This document shows positions 40,178 through 52,269 of a DNA stretch of 64,000 bases, one piece after another. Below the pieces are notes generated by a model that worked only from the letters and a program-made list of their open reading frames with translations, made no database searches and was not told the origin of the DNA. This DNA comes from Podarcis liolepis (Eukaryota): NCBI GenBank assembly GCA_965112155.1, contig OZ218101.1; one strand, given 5' to 3'. Position 1 is the stretch's first letter. Each line of letters opens with the position of its first letter. Made by a program: the position numbers and the translations under genes.

Positions 40178-40830
40178 TACATTGAGTAGTCAGAACTATG
40201 AATGGTTTGACTCAGTATAAGGCTGTTCTCATACGCTCGATATACCATTTCATAAATTTCGTTTTTGCTACCGTCAATTTTCTATTATTTTTCCACAACA
40301 ATCAAGCTTACTTTGTGAGTTTTATTGCCAGTTTCAGTATTACATTTGTCTGTTTCCCATTTTCATTAATTTGTTAACTTCCCAGTTCTATAGTGCTTAA
40401 TTTAATAAACATTTTAGTCCAGGCATCCATACCAATGTGGTATGATCTACTGATTATCATTTTCCAAATTTTCCAAATGCAAAATACTTACAACATCCTG
40501 CCTGCATATCCTGAGGAATTGCTTAGGTGGGGAAGGAGTTGATCAACAGCTGCCACTTAGGAACCTGATTTCCATATGCTTTGTCCTGCTCATGAGCATA
40601 ACCAAGCAAGATTTTCCATCCCTCTCTGGGGAATTTCAACTGAAGGGCTGACATATGCTTACTTCACTTTGTCCTACATGACTTTAATATGACTAATTTT
40701 TTTTTCTTTACAGCTCACTTATTCTTTACTGAAAGGCCTGTACAGAGAAATTCCCTTTTCTCCACCGATGGAATTCATGCAATCGCTTTTTCTTCTAGTT
40801 TTTAACAGGCTGTAGTAATTTACATCTGAC

Positions 40831-41003
40831 CTGTAGATATCCAGAACAGATTTCCGCAAACAGCAGTCGAGTTCCTGGAAAGTTCTTTGTAGTTATAACT
40901 GCAGCAGTTTCCTCTGCAGCAGCCATGATCGGCTTTGTGTGATGATAGTATTGCACATGACCTTACAGCTGAAGTCTAGGATTGCTGTCGAAGCCAGACT
41001 TTC
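40831..41003 (-). other. Candidate internal exon (173 nt) with a strong-Kozak ATG at 40926 (MAAAEETAAVITTKNFPGTRLLFAEICSGYLQ to donor)
   Basis: Polypyrimidine acceptor TTTTTCTCCTCCCACAAG|G and donor CAG|GTCAGA. ATG context is GATCATGG (A at -3, G at +4) with an in-frame stop upstream. Several CpGs are retained. Confidence 0.5.
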
Positions 41004-41294
41004 CTTGTGGGAGGAGAAAAACTAGCCCAAAAAGACAACTAGGCAGAAAAAGCAGGATTTTAAAAATAGAAATATGGTACAAAATGCCTAAAATTCTGCC
41101 ATTATGTCCTGTCATATAGCCACTTCTCCTAGTGACTTCTTAATTCTTTCGTATTATTTACTCCAGACTTTTTTTAAAAAGCAGTAAATGAAAACCATAG
41201 GTTAAGAGCATTTTAAGCCAAGCCCTCGCCCTTTTCCTTTTCTATGCTAACCTTTATGTATGAAGTAGTATTAATATTAGGAAAATCCACCATG

Positions 41295-41745
41295 AACCTT
41301 AGAATCACAGAGTTGGAAGAAGTCCTGTCTAACTCCTTGTTCAATGCAAGATATCCAGAGCTAGAACATATAACAGTTGGTTGTCCATTTTGCATATCCA
41401 ATTCTATATCAGTCTTGAACTGCAATCCTGATCCTTCGCTAGTTATGCTACTTATGTGAGGTGAATCAAAATAGGAGGCAAAATAGGAAGTGAATAGTTC
41501 TTCCTTACCACCCTTGCTAGGCAGTGTGGCTATCATTTCCTCTTCCTTCCTTTCAACATACCTGAGTAATTCCCTTTTCTTCCTCATAACTTCCCTCACC
41601 AACCTGAACTTGTTCCAGGCTTCAACTTTCCTATGGCTAAAAGCTTCCTCCTAAAGCTTTTTTCTTGACACTATCCCTACAAATCTGGGCCATTAGACCT
41701 TGGCAACCTGTCCATCATTCCATTTCTTGTAGATGCCCTTTTTAT
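41295..41745 (-). mobile_element. CR1 LINE fragments
   Basis: VREVMRKKRELLRYV...KEELFTSYFAS resembles CR1 ORF2 (ARDVK.NKK.FFRYV...AELLNSYFAS). TAGAATCACAGAGTTGGAAG is the antisense CR1 tail. Confidence 0.65.
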
Positions 41746-42574
41746 TTTCAGTTCCAAATTTAAAAAAACCCAAATCAGCTAATGCCTCAATATTTAGTAT
41801 GCCTACTAGTGAGTAAGCTCAATTGGGCTCAGTAGGGCTTACTTCTGAGTAAACATGCTTTGGCTTGAACATAATATATATTTGCATCCATAAGATAGTT
41901 TCTGGGAAATATTCAAAGTTGCAGAAAATACATTTTATTATAACAGAACTGGTAAGATTGCAACTAGGTTTCAAAAATTATTTGCCATGCTGCATGGGAT
42001 GGTGCTGAGAAACTTCATCAACTGATTAGCTTATGTGTAATGTGTAGAAACCTTGCAGGATTTTGATTATTTTAAAATGTAGAAAGAAGACTATAGTTCT
42101 AATTATTCAAACATTCGAATGCACTATACACATTTGATATAAAATTTTAATATAAACAACACACCAGCCTGATTTTTCCATCTTTTTATGCTCATAAAAT
42201 TATTTATACAAGTCAAAAGGTTGCAGAGAACTTCAGTTTCATTGCTCACTTAACAAAAGTGGGGAAATTAAAAGGTGTTTTTTAGAACTGAGCAAAGGAA
42301 AAACACAGAATGATAAGCTAAACATATCCCCCTCCTTCATATAACATGAAATCATTTGCATTGATTCTATATTTACAGAATTTTATGTAAAATGTTAATA
42401 TGATCACATATACATGATCATATATACAAAAAATCCCTTCACATTCCCATCAAGAAACAAGTTCTCATTTCAGATTGCAAAGATTACCAGGAGCCTGTGG
42501 TTGGGTAGGTAAAATCCCCATGGTAAATTACTTCATGTAATCATTACTATGTGAGCCAAAATCTGTAAAAATTT

Positions 42575-42633
<59 letters not shown>
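42575..42633. repeat. (GAAA)n microsatellite
   Basis: Direct inspection. Confidence 0.95.
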
Positions 42634-43204
42634 TCATTTCAGGAAGATGCAGAAATCCCCACACATGCGACAATAGAATTTATTACACATATTTTAGTTT
42701 AGTGAAATTCCACACATCAGTCTAGAGGTTCCAAACACTTGGTTTTGGAGGAGCAGGGGAAAACAAATCACTTTATTAAAATGGGCCTTTACCACTGATG
42801 AAAATGTAATGTGGACGTTTTAAAATGTTGCAGATATAGTTATGGAGAATAATTAACTTACAACTTGAAAGTTACAAGTTAAAACACAACCTGTAAAATG
42901 TAATTCCTGGAATAGACAGAGAGGTGGTGGGTGGAACTGTTTAAAGAACATCAGAAATTGTTTTGCATTTAGGACTTTTTTACACAAGGTTAAAATTCCC
43001 TTTGAACCTCTCTTGTGCTATTTATGCATCTGATCATGATTCACACAGATGAAGAAGTGGAGGGGAAGCATTTGTAGTGTGGGTGAGCATTCTGGTCCCC
43101 CAAAGGGAACTGGAAGTAGGAGCAAAAAAAAAAAAAACAATGGCCAAAAGAGATGTTTTTATTGCAGTGTGTTTTGGACCCAACTGGTCCTTCTTCAGGG
43201 AACC

Positions 43205-43392
43205 TGAGAGTAATGATTAGGGAGTTGCAGTAGTTCAAATCCCCACTCAGGCAAGAAGCTCACTGCACCCCATGAGCCATGTTGGGCCAGCCATGCTCTC
43301 TCTACCTTACAGGGTTGTTGTGGGGATTAAAAGAGGAGCAAAGAACCACACACATCACATTGAGCTCCATGAAGGAAAATGTGGTACATAAT
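43205..43392 (+). mobile_element. Old Squam3/MIR-like SINE remnant
   Basis: Box B GTTCAAATCCCCACTC followed by TTGGGCCAG...CTACCTTACAGGGTTGTTGTGGGG. Confidence 0.55.
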
Positions 43393-43980
43393 TGTACTTT
43401 TTTCAAAAAAAAGTAAGCATGTAGATGTGCTGTCGCTTCTTTTCTTATGATTGGCCCTGAGAATTCTCATTGGTCACTAGGCTGTTGAGGCAACAAAGGA
43501 GGCAATAACGGAACCCAGAATTCCTCCATTCCTCTCTTGCCCAAACTTAAAAGGGGATGTTAAAGCAGTTATACTGCTTCTCTCGCTTCACAGCAGGCCC
43601 CTTTGCAGAAAAAAACATATCTAGGCTAAGAATGGTTAGCTGGGGAATTAGCTGTTCACAGATCAAGAATCCTTTTATGGATACATGAGCTAACTTTTTT
43701 CTTCTTACAAATACACAGCCTTCAAAACCTATTAACTACCGTATTTTATTCTACAAATTCCAGGTTACCAGTTTTCAAACAAAGCCCCATTTCAACTGGT
43801 AAGTCTCCCACTAACTATCCTTACTGCTTATCTACACACTGGATTTCCCCTTTGATACTATTAGTCAATTGTGAGATGTTAAAATATGAATTACTGGAAA
43901 CAAGAGTGTTGGTGTAGCTGGGTCTCGAACTCACTTAATATGTTTTTTGGTAAATAAAGTTTGAAGGATGTAAGATATCA

Positions 43981-44081
43981 TTGCTGTTGTTTAGTCGTGT
44001 CCGACTTTTTGTGACCCCATGGACCAGAGCACGCCAGGCACTCCTGTCTTCCACTGCCTCCCGCAGTTTGATTCAAACTCG
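43981..44081 (-). mobile_element. Bov-B (RTE) LINE extreme 3' end
   Basis: Reverse complement of the end of 62016-62403. Flanked by imperfect GTAAGAT(T)ATCAT direct repeats. Confidence 0.8.
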
Positions 44082-46248
44082 TGTAAGTAAGATTATCATA
44101 AGGAATATTAAAATCTAGAAATGTGACAAGTAGTAAGAGATACTAGTTCTTTTCCCAAAGACAATTGCCCTGGTTTTTAACCATAAAGTGCTGCATTGTT
44201 AAAATAATGAGGAAAGCATGTCTTTCTAGTTTTTTCCGCTCCCCTTGTATAAACGGAATTACCAATGTATATGCCTCCCAAGGTGCAAAGCTCATCCACC
44301 TTCCATTCCTGTTGTGATGAAAGTAGCTGACTAGTGTCTCATTCAGCAGTCAGATGGTTTCCAGGGGGGCTCAGTATGCCCTGGAAGGGCTTAGCCAGGC
44401 AGAGCAATGGGCCATAGCAAAGTGGATTATGCTTTTGATGCAATTCTGTAGTTTAGAAGTTACATAGCTGCGCACTTCAAAAATGAAGCACAATATTTGT
44501 AAGATTTCAGTACTTTTTTGTATTCTAAAACAAGTTACATTGTCCATAGGGGTCTGTAGTAATAATAAATAATAATAATATTAAATACAAAATCAGAAGT
44601 ACCCGCTAACAGAGTGGGACACAGATTCAGTTAGTTTTGGAATAAAAAGGTAAGCTACGTGTTCTGTGTTCTTTACAACCCAAAGGAATTAGTGAAGTTT
44701 AATAACATGAGAGTGAAAAATTATATTCTGACAGTTTCTTTTCCAGAATGCCTTTAATAGGAGAGGCTACACCTCATGTAACATTCACTAAGGAGGAGAA
44801 CACATATGTGCTGACATACTGTTCTTTATTAGCAAGCTTCCATTTCAGTCAAATGGAGCCAGTGATCAAGAGTGAAATTTGGGACTTTAGAAGAATGTAA
44901 ACACAAGTTTTTAATCTGATGTTTACTTTGCTATGCTTCTACACAGAGTGTAGTTTTATCTAAGCCTTGGGTCATGTTGGTGGAACCCTGGTAAACCCTT
45001 TCATGGCTTCCCACAGTGTAACGCATCATTAGTCCCTTGAAGCTAAGGGTCTCATAAGAAAAATAATTTTGAATAATTTTGGTTCTACTGTCTTTTCCCA
45101 CCTCTCCCACGGACTCTAATTATCTTCATGTCTTCTCTGCAGTATGGACAGAAAACAGTCTTCTAAGTCTTGAATCTTAAACAAAGGGTATTAGGATAGA
45201 GCAATGATCACAAGAAAAAGTAAATTACAGTTCAAAACATATTTGCTGCTTATCCTGTACAGTTTAGCCTGTAGTTTTAAATCCGCAGGAATAACACTTT
45301 GCCAATTACTGAGCATTTATGTTAATCTGATTACTCCCCTCATGAACAACCTTATGCTTCTGTTTAAGGAATTTCTTACTCTTGAATTTAGGGAATTTGT
45401 TCAAAGTATCATAATCATATTGTAATTTCTAGCTTCCCTAATGTTTAACATCCCTCCTGGCTCTTTACCTGGCACATTTTTTCACAATCTGCCAGGATGC
45501 TAATTAAATTAACAAAGAGAAATGAACCAAAGGGAGAAGTTTCTGAGAGATCCAAGTCATTAAAGTTTCACTCCGAAGCTTGATTCCATCCCCTCCTTTT
45601 CTTCAATGGTTGTTTTGATGTAAGACAATGTGGTTAAAGAAGTGTGAATGTGTGATGTGTGTGATGGCAATGGAGCCAGTGGAAGTTTCCATTGGCTTTG
45701 CAGCATATGCATAACTTGGTACATAAGCACACGCAGCAGAATTTAGGATTCTTGGAAGCTACTGGGGGAAACAGGGATCCAGAAGTGCAAGAACAGGAAT
45801 CCAGCCATGAGCTCCAACAACTTAGATAGTCTTGCTGGCAAACACTTTAATATGAAGGAAGCTCAGGGAAGGAATAGCTGTTTTTACCATAAGCATCATA
45901 TGAAGTGGTCTCTGAGCAGGTTGCGCAGCTGCCCCTGCAACTCAGAGACAGAAAACGCCAAAACCTCAACATACTTTGTTCTTCCCCTCCTGTTGAGGTT
46001 CAGTCCCACTTCGTGGAACAGCATAAAGCAGTGATGCCCAACCTGTGGGCAATGGCATCTCTTATCTTCTAGGGCCCTCATAAAATGCTATGAATATTTG
46101 TCTGAATCCTTTTTCAAGGCTAACCTTCCACTTGCCCCCTTTTGAAAGATCCCACCAAGTGCATGACATTTGACTGGTCTTTCCCTTATCTGAAGCAGCA
46201 TCTTAACTACAAGAGCAGTGTCTTTTTATGAGTGTTTAATTTTTAGAT

Positions 46249-46608
46249 GGGGACGTGGGTGGCGCTGTGGTCTAAAGCACTGAGCCTAGGGCTTGCAGAT
46301 CGGAAGGTCGGTGGTTTGAATCTGGGTGAGCTCCCGTTGCTCAGTCCCAGCTCCTGCCAACCTAGCAGTTCAAAAGCACGTCAAAGTGCAAGTAGATAAA
46401 TAGGTACTGCTCGAGCGGGAAGGTAAATGGCATTTCCATGTGCTGCTCTGGTTTCACGAGAAGCGGCTTAGTCATGCTGGCCACATGACTCAGAAAAACT
46501 GTCTGCAGACAAACGTCGGCTCCCTCGGCCAGTAAAGCGAGATGAGCACTGCAACCGCAGAGTCGTTCGCAACTGGACCTAACAGTCAGGGGTCCTTTAC
46601 CTTTACCA
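46249..46608 (+). mobile_element. Full-length Sauria SINE
   Basis: GGGACGTGGGTGGCGCTGTGG head, box B-like GGTTTGAATC, CCTTTACCTTTACC tail. 13-bp TSD TTAAT(T/C)TTTAGAT with one mismatch. Confidence 0.9.
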
Positions 46609-49600
46609 TTAATCTTTAGATACAAACTTATCTTACTTCCATATATAATTGGCAGAAGGAACGTCACTGCTCTGAGGCTGCTCAGTGGAGTCCTTCGTAT
46701 GTTGCATTAGAAAGATACCTATATGATTCACCTGAAAGTATTCATCAGTATGCCCCATTCACTTCAATGAGTCTTATGCAAGAGTAAAAAAAATACTAGC
46801 CCGAGTGAGCATCTTACAGTGCAATTCTGGGCATGTTTTCTTCAGAGTTGAATTGCTAAACATTTTATTCTAAAAGGGGGGGGGTGTTCTAGTTGCTTGG
46901 CACTTCACTGAATATTGAGTTTTACAAGCCAAAAGACATCAAGGCTGTTTATTTTGAGGTGTTACTCCCAAACTACCTCACAAGATATGCAACTTAAGAT
47001 TGTGAAAGCATATATATTGCCCACCTTCTCTTTATTTTGGATACTGCCAAAGTAAGTGAGGAAGAGTACCTAGTTAGTGTGGGACTTTTGCCACATTTTA
47101 ATTACACTTCAGACTTTTGATGTATAAACAAATACAAAGATTAAAGCTGAATACAGAGATGGAAGTGGAAAGGAATCATTAAAGGATCAGATAATAGAGT
47201 CTTTAAAAGATATAGACATGGTTTTCTTTAATCCACTGGGTAAAACACAACTTTCAAAGTAACAAGCTGTTTATCTACTGTTACACATCCAGTAGCCTAA
47301 TTTTGCTGCAACATGCCATACATGTATGTGTCACACATTCCATTTCATACTCGGCAATCGCATCTTTCAAAATCCATGTGCCCAAGAACACTATAAACAG
47401 CTTATATGTATATAAACTGATGTTTTTATCTAAGATAAATGGAAACCAGGGGAAGAGAAAGATCTCATTCACATCTATAGGTGCATGCATTTTGCATAAA
47501 CAAAAACTACAATTTAAACACATGCAGATAAAATTGCCACAGGGGACAGATCCCATTTGTAGAATGCCAGTTGCCCCATTTTATGAAATATTCCATATGC
47601 CATAATACACCTCACAACCTTAATTGTCACAGTTTACGAAAGTACTTACAAGTTTCATTAAAAGGTACTCCTTCATTCACAGCTGGATAAGCACCTGCAT
47701 ACATTTTTGTCTTCACTGCTTGACAACATTCTGCAACTCTCATTAATTACTGCATGTAGTTCTAGGCTGACATTTGATTATCAAATCACCTTGGCCAATT
47801 ACTCAATTAAATAGCAACTGTTTGATAGACAAATGGACACACACACACAAATCAGTTAGTGTCTTTGTTACCCATTGTTTTTCTTACATGCCACCCCCCT
47901 TTATGTATTTTTATAGTTTGTATATACAGTATTTATATGATCATATTCTAGATCTGGGATTTCTGCTGAAATTTATGGATTTTATGCAACCTGAGTAATC
48001 TCACAACTTCTCCTTAACTGAAAAGATGCAGAGGCAGACTTTTGTAATCTTTTGTAATATGGTGCCCTGTGCTAGAGCAAAATTTGGCATGCCCAAATGG
48101 ATCTTGTCAATTATGGATCTTCTCAGTTTTGCACCCCCTCAGCTAGGCGCCCTGCGGGGGACGGAGTGCCCACTCCACCCTAAATCCAGCACTGTCAGGT
48201 GTTCTCTGTCTGCACATGTTTACAACTGCATGAGGGAGAGCTGGGAAAGGGGTGCTGGTAAGTCCTGCCTCTTGTTTGCAGGTTGCCAGACATGCCACTA
48301 ATGCTGCTTCTATTTTCCTTGACACACTCAACTCCCCATTCATAATTCATAAGTTACCAGCCAAAACACTACCAAGTATACTGGGTACGGCTACTTAACC
48401 AAGTACAAACCATCATGTGAATGAGATAAAGGCATGCTCAAAACTCTTCTTCTGTATCCACTGCCTTATATGCTACCAACAGCCAATTTCAGTATATACA
48501 CTATATATCTATATATCAAAAACCTACTCCCAATGCTCTGTGACCAGAGAAAAATGAAGCAGAAGGGTCTATGATTCTCTTATCTAATATTCCTTCTGGC
48601 TTCTAGCCCTTTCACTAAATTTTAAAAGGCAACATTTTCTTGCCAAATTCCTTTTCTGCCCAACATGACTTCCAGCAACAGCATTTTACTAGCTAGCCAC
48701 TAGCTGTGGGAACATTGCGTGAATGCCACAACTCACCACAAACAATGCCAAAGACGGAGACAGAGTACTGCTTCCTAGAATGATGCCAAGTAGAAAACTT
48801 TCATAGGCATGTACAGGCCTGATCTAATGCAGGAAATCAAAGAAAAAGATACTGGAATCAAATGGGACTGATTTTAGATCAAAGCAAGCTGGGATCACCT
48901 GTTTAAGGAGACACCAGTTTGGGATTTAACTAGGCCACACATTTACCAGAGTTCTTAAACACAGGAAACGTTTAACTCAAGACCATCCTAGAAGAAAAAA
49001 AAGCTGTACGATGCAAAGTCCACTCACCCAATCTCCTGGCACAACCAAGTTCCCAACAGATACAAAAACAAACACAAGGGAATCCTTGTAAGCTCCTTAA
49101 CAAAAATCATTTGACAGCCATCAGCAGCGCGGTGCTGCTGAGAGCTGCCTACTTCACCAGCTAGCAAGTTCCTTCAACCCTGTAAATGACCTGCTCAGCC
49201 GCTTTGCAGGGATAAAACTTTGCATTCACCTGCTCCAATGCTCTTCAGACTAGGGGACCCTTTCTCCATGGTCTGCTGCCATGAAAAGCGGCCACCTGTG
49301 TCGACACCCTTCACTGCCCCACAAGTTTATTCACAAACACTCCAATACCATTCCTCAAATTCCCGAGAAAAGCATTTGAGAGGTGCATGGAATCTTCCAT
49401 ATACATATCATCACCTGATAGGTGCCTAGCTGATATACAACTATTCTCCTCTGCAGACCGAAAACCTTACCAAGCTCCAGAACGACTTTCCTCCATGCTT
49501 CTTCTATGGCCACTGGGCAGAATTTCTACCCAAGCACAATGGACTCCTGGAAACGCATGCCTGGTGATACTGATGCACCAGGCCTCAGTGACTGCTTCCC

Positions 49601-50125
49601 CCTAAGATCACATGCTCCCTTATCACTATCCTCCTCTAGTACTGCTGCAAAGAGATGGGAAGCTTTCACTGTAGATTAGCCATAGTGCAGCATTAAGTAG
49701 CACTGTGTTTATATATGGAAGTGCTTTATATGTATGTATTTCTGATATTGTAAAATCACTTTGAGATGTTTCATAGGAAGCAATTAAATAATAGTATTTT
49801 TTATTAAAGAAAACCCAAACCCTTTACTGTCGTAAAACGTAACTATGGTTTGTTAAACCGTGTGCAAGACTTTGGGGGCTTGTTCCCACCATGAGCAATC
49901 ATGAATGTTGCTATTGTCGTCCCTGCACTATGTGCCTATACCTCAAGACGTAAGACATAAGAAATGTCATATATAGGACTCTTCTCACCACTCAGCTCCT
50001 GTGAGATCTCACATTCTCAAGCCACATCCCAACCTTTTTGCCTTGAACTCATGCTTTTTACAAAGTCAAAGCTGTCCTTCAACTCTGTAACCACCTCCTT
50101 CCTTACGAGCTGTGCTGCAAGGATA

Positions 50126-50215
50126 CATAGCTGTCAATGTTTCCCTTTTTTTAAGGGAAATTCCCTTATTCCGAATAGGAATCCTTGCAAGAAAAGGGAA
50201 ACATTGACAGCTATG
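50126..50215. mobile_element. 90-bp hAT MITE
   Basis: Perfect 24-bp TIR CATAGCTGTCAATGTTTCCCTTTT and perfect 8-bp TSD CAAGGATA (50118-50125 and 50216-50223). Confidence 0.92.
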
Positions 50216-50510
50216 CAAGGATAGGAGAGCCCCATCTGCAAACCTCAGATTCCCCACGTGGCTGTTTCGAAGAACAACTATTTGCCCTGCTCCCCCAATA
50301 ATAAAATATAGCTTGGATCTGAAGCTAGCCTAGAATGAAAAAGACACCTAAGTTTCTACCACCTGATTAAGGCTTTAGGAAGATTTCTGTTTGTTGCACA
50401 GCAAAGGAAGCAAAGGTTACCCCATCCCCATACTAGTAAGCTACGACTATTCTTACAATGGACACAAGGATTTAAAGTAAATCAGGGGTGTTATTTATAT
50501 TTCAGCTTAC

Positions 50511-50550
50511 CTCCCTATTATTTACTGACCTTTGCATTGAAACTAGTACC
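50511..50550 (-). other. Candidate 40-nt exon (ATG at 50537, MQRSVNNRE, phase 0)
   Basis: Acceptor TTGTTTGTTTATAGCAG (NAGNAG) and donor GAG|GTAAGC. Confidence 0.35.
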
Positions 50551-50712
50551 CTGCTATAAACAAACAATTTCTCAACTCTTTGCACCTGCATAAAGGTTCC
50601 AGGACTTGAGCCCCACCATAGCAAATCCATTTAGACAAAAATATCCATTGCCTTTCCTCTTTTTCTGGTTTACAAATGGGGAATAAACTCTTTCCTATGC
50701 TTTCCACTTTCC

Positions 50713-50910
50713 TAGAAACATGGGAAGCTGCCTTATATTGAGTCAGTCCATTGGCCACCCAGTTCAGTTCTGCCTCCACTGACTGGCAGTGGCTCTCCAA
50801 GGTTTCAAGCAGGAAACCTTTTTCCATTTCTACTTGGAAATGGCCCAGGGACTGAACCTGGGACCTTCTGCAAAGCAGGTGCTCTAGCACTGGGCTACAG
50901 AGGCTTCCCA
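50713..50910 (-). mobile_element. tRNA-derived SINE with CR1-type tail (Squam2/Anolis-SINE2-like)
   Basis: Minus strand: TAGCCCAGTGCTAGAGCA (box A), CCAGGTTCAGTCCCTGG (box B) and a GACTCAATATAAGGCAGCTTCC tail. Confidence 0.75.
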
Positions 50911-51119
50911 TGCTCTGTTAATACTGTCCTCAGGAGACCAGCTGGAGCTTGAAAGCATTTGCTGTTCCAATGAATTCTTCCAACGCAGGTAAGAGCTTCA
51001 GGATGCTATCTGTGCTCACAGGCTCTCCATCCTTGGAGTTTGTCTGGAAGAAGAACCATCAGCATCTGCCTTTTGGCTGGAATCCAGTGTTTGATCATTA
51101 TCTGCGTGGTTTGACTCAC

Positions 51120-51242
51120 ACAAAAAAGAATGCAAGGATCCATGTTGTGTAGCACTCAAAACAGCAGGAATGCAAGCTGCCGAGATGGCTGAACTGCGGA
51201 AAGTGGAGCCCCAAACAGAACCGGGGAAAAGAAGAAACCTGT
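51120..51242 (-). other. Candidate 5' exon (short ORF MDPCILFC to donor)
   Basis: Locally CpG-retaining segment. Possible acceptor TTTCTGTTGCAG, ATG at 51143, donor TGT|GTGAGT. Confidence 0.3.
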
Positions 51243-52205
51243 CTGCAACAGAAACTTTCCCCCAAGATTTCTGATAATGAATACACGCAATTTGACATTC
51301 ATATAGTATACCCTCATCAACTTACACAAAGCAGCTGTGGAATCTCTCTGAATGGAAGAGTTTTTCTCCCAATTACTTTGTGAACACGCCAAAAAAACAG
51401 ATCAGGCACTCTGAATACGATGACAGTTTATTTCAATTATTTATGGCAATTCATCACAATGTACAGTAATGGTACTTGTAGACTAGTGAAGTCTCTGTAA
51501 TAAGAACCCTCAGTAGAGCACTCTGCCTACTACTTCGCTTACATTAGATATTACTGTTAATATTTTATGACTGCTTACTGTAATACGACGACATACTACC
51601 ACATTTTTATATGTATGGCTATGAATTTATGCTTTCATTCTGATGTACACCTGCCAGTAATACAATTAATCCAATAAGCTTTCAAATTCATATGTTCATA
51701 AGCCCAAAATGCTGCATAGCCGGCAAGTTCTGTTTACCTTTATATATCAATTATGCCACATGTTATAAATCCTGTTGATCTCAGATCTCCCAATGAGTAC
51801 TTTAAGGATAGAGGTACAAGTATGCATGTGTTTGAATACTGCAAGGTATTTAAAGAAACAGGGTTCAAATGTTTATTTTTACTTTACTTAGTTCAGTTCT
51901 CTCTCTAAGGAGAAATTGGTTTAAAAACTCCTTTTGACACATGGAAAAAGAATAAAGCAAAATAGATATATATTGGCATTAGCATGGTATACTGTAAAGG
52001 CACTTATATTGAAGTAAGATTCAAAGTCCTGGTTTTTGCAACTTATTTACTGTAAATGCCTCTGAATTATATTCTTTGAAAGCTCTTGGAAATGTCTATA
52101 TTCATTTTTAAAGACATCTCTGTATAGCTAATTGAAATTTTATCAGCTAATGAAAATACATTGTTAATTACTTTAATTTTGCATCCACATTTTCACTATT
52201 CTCTC

Positions 52206-52209
<4 letters not shown>

Positions 52210-52250
<41 letters not shown>

Positions 52251-52269
52251 ATATATATATATATATATA
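52210..52269. repeat. Compound (TG)n(TA)n microsatellite
   Basis: Direct inspection. Confidence 0.95.
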
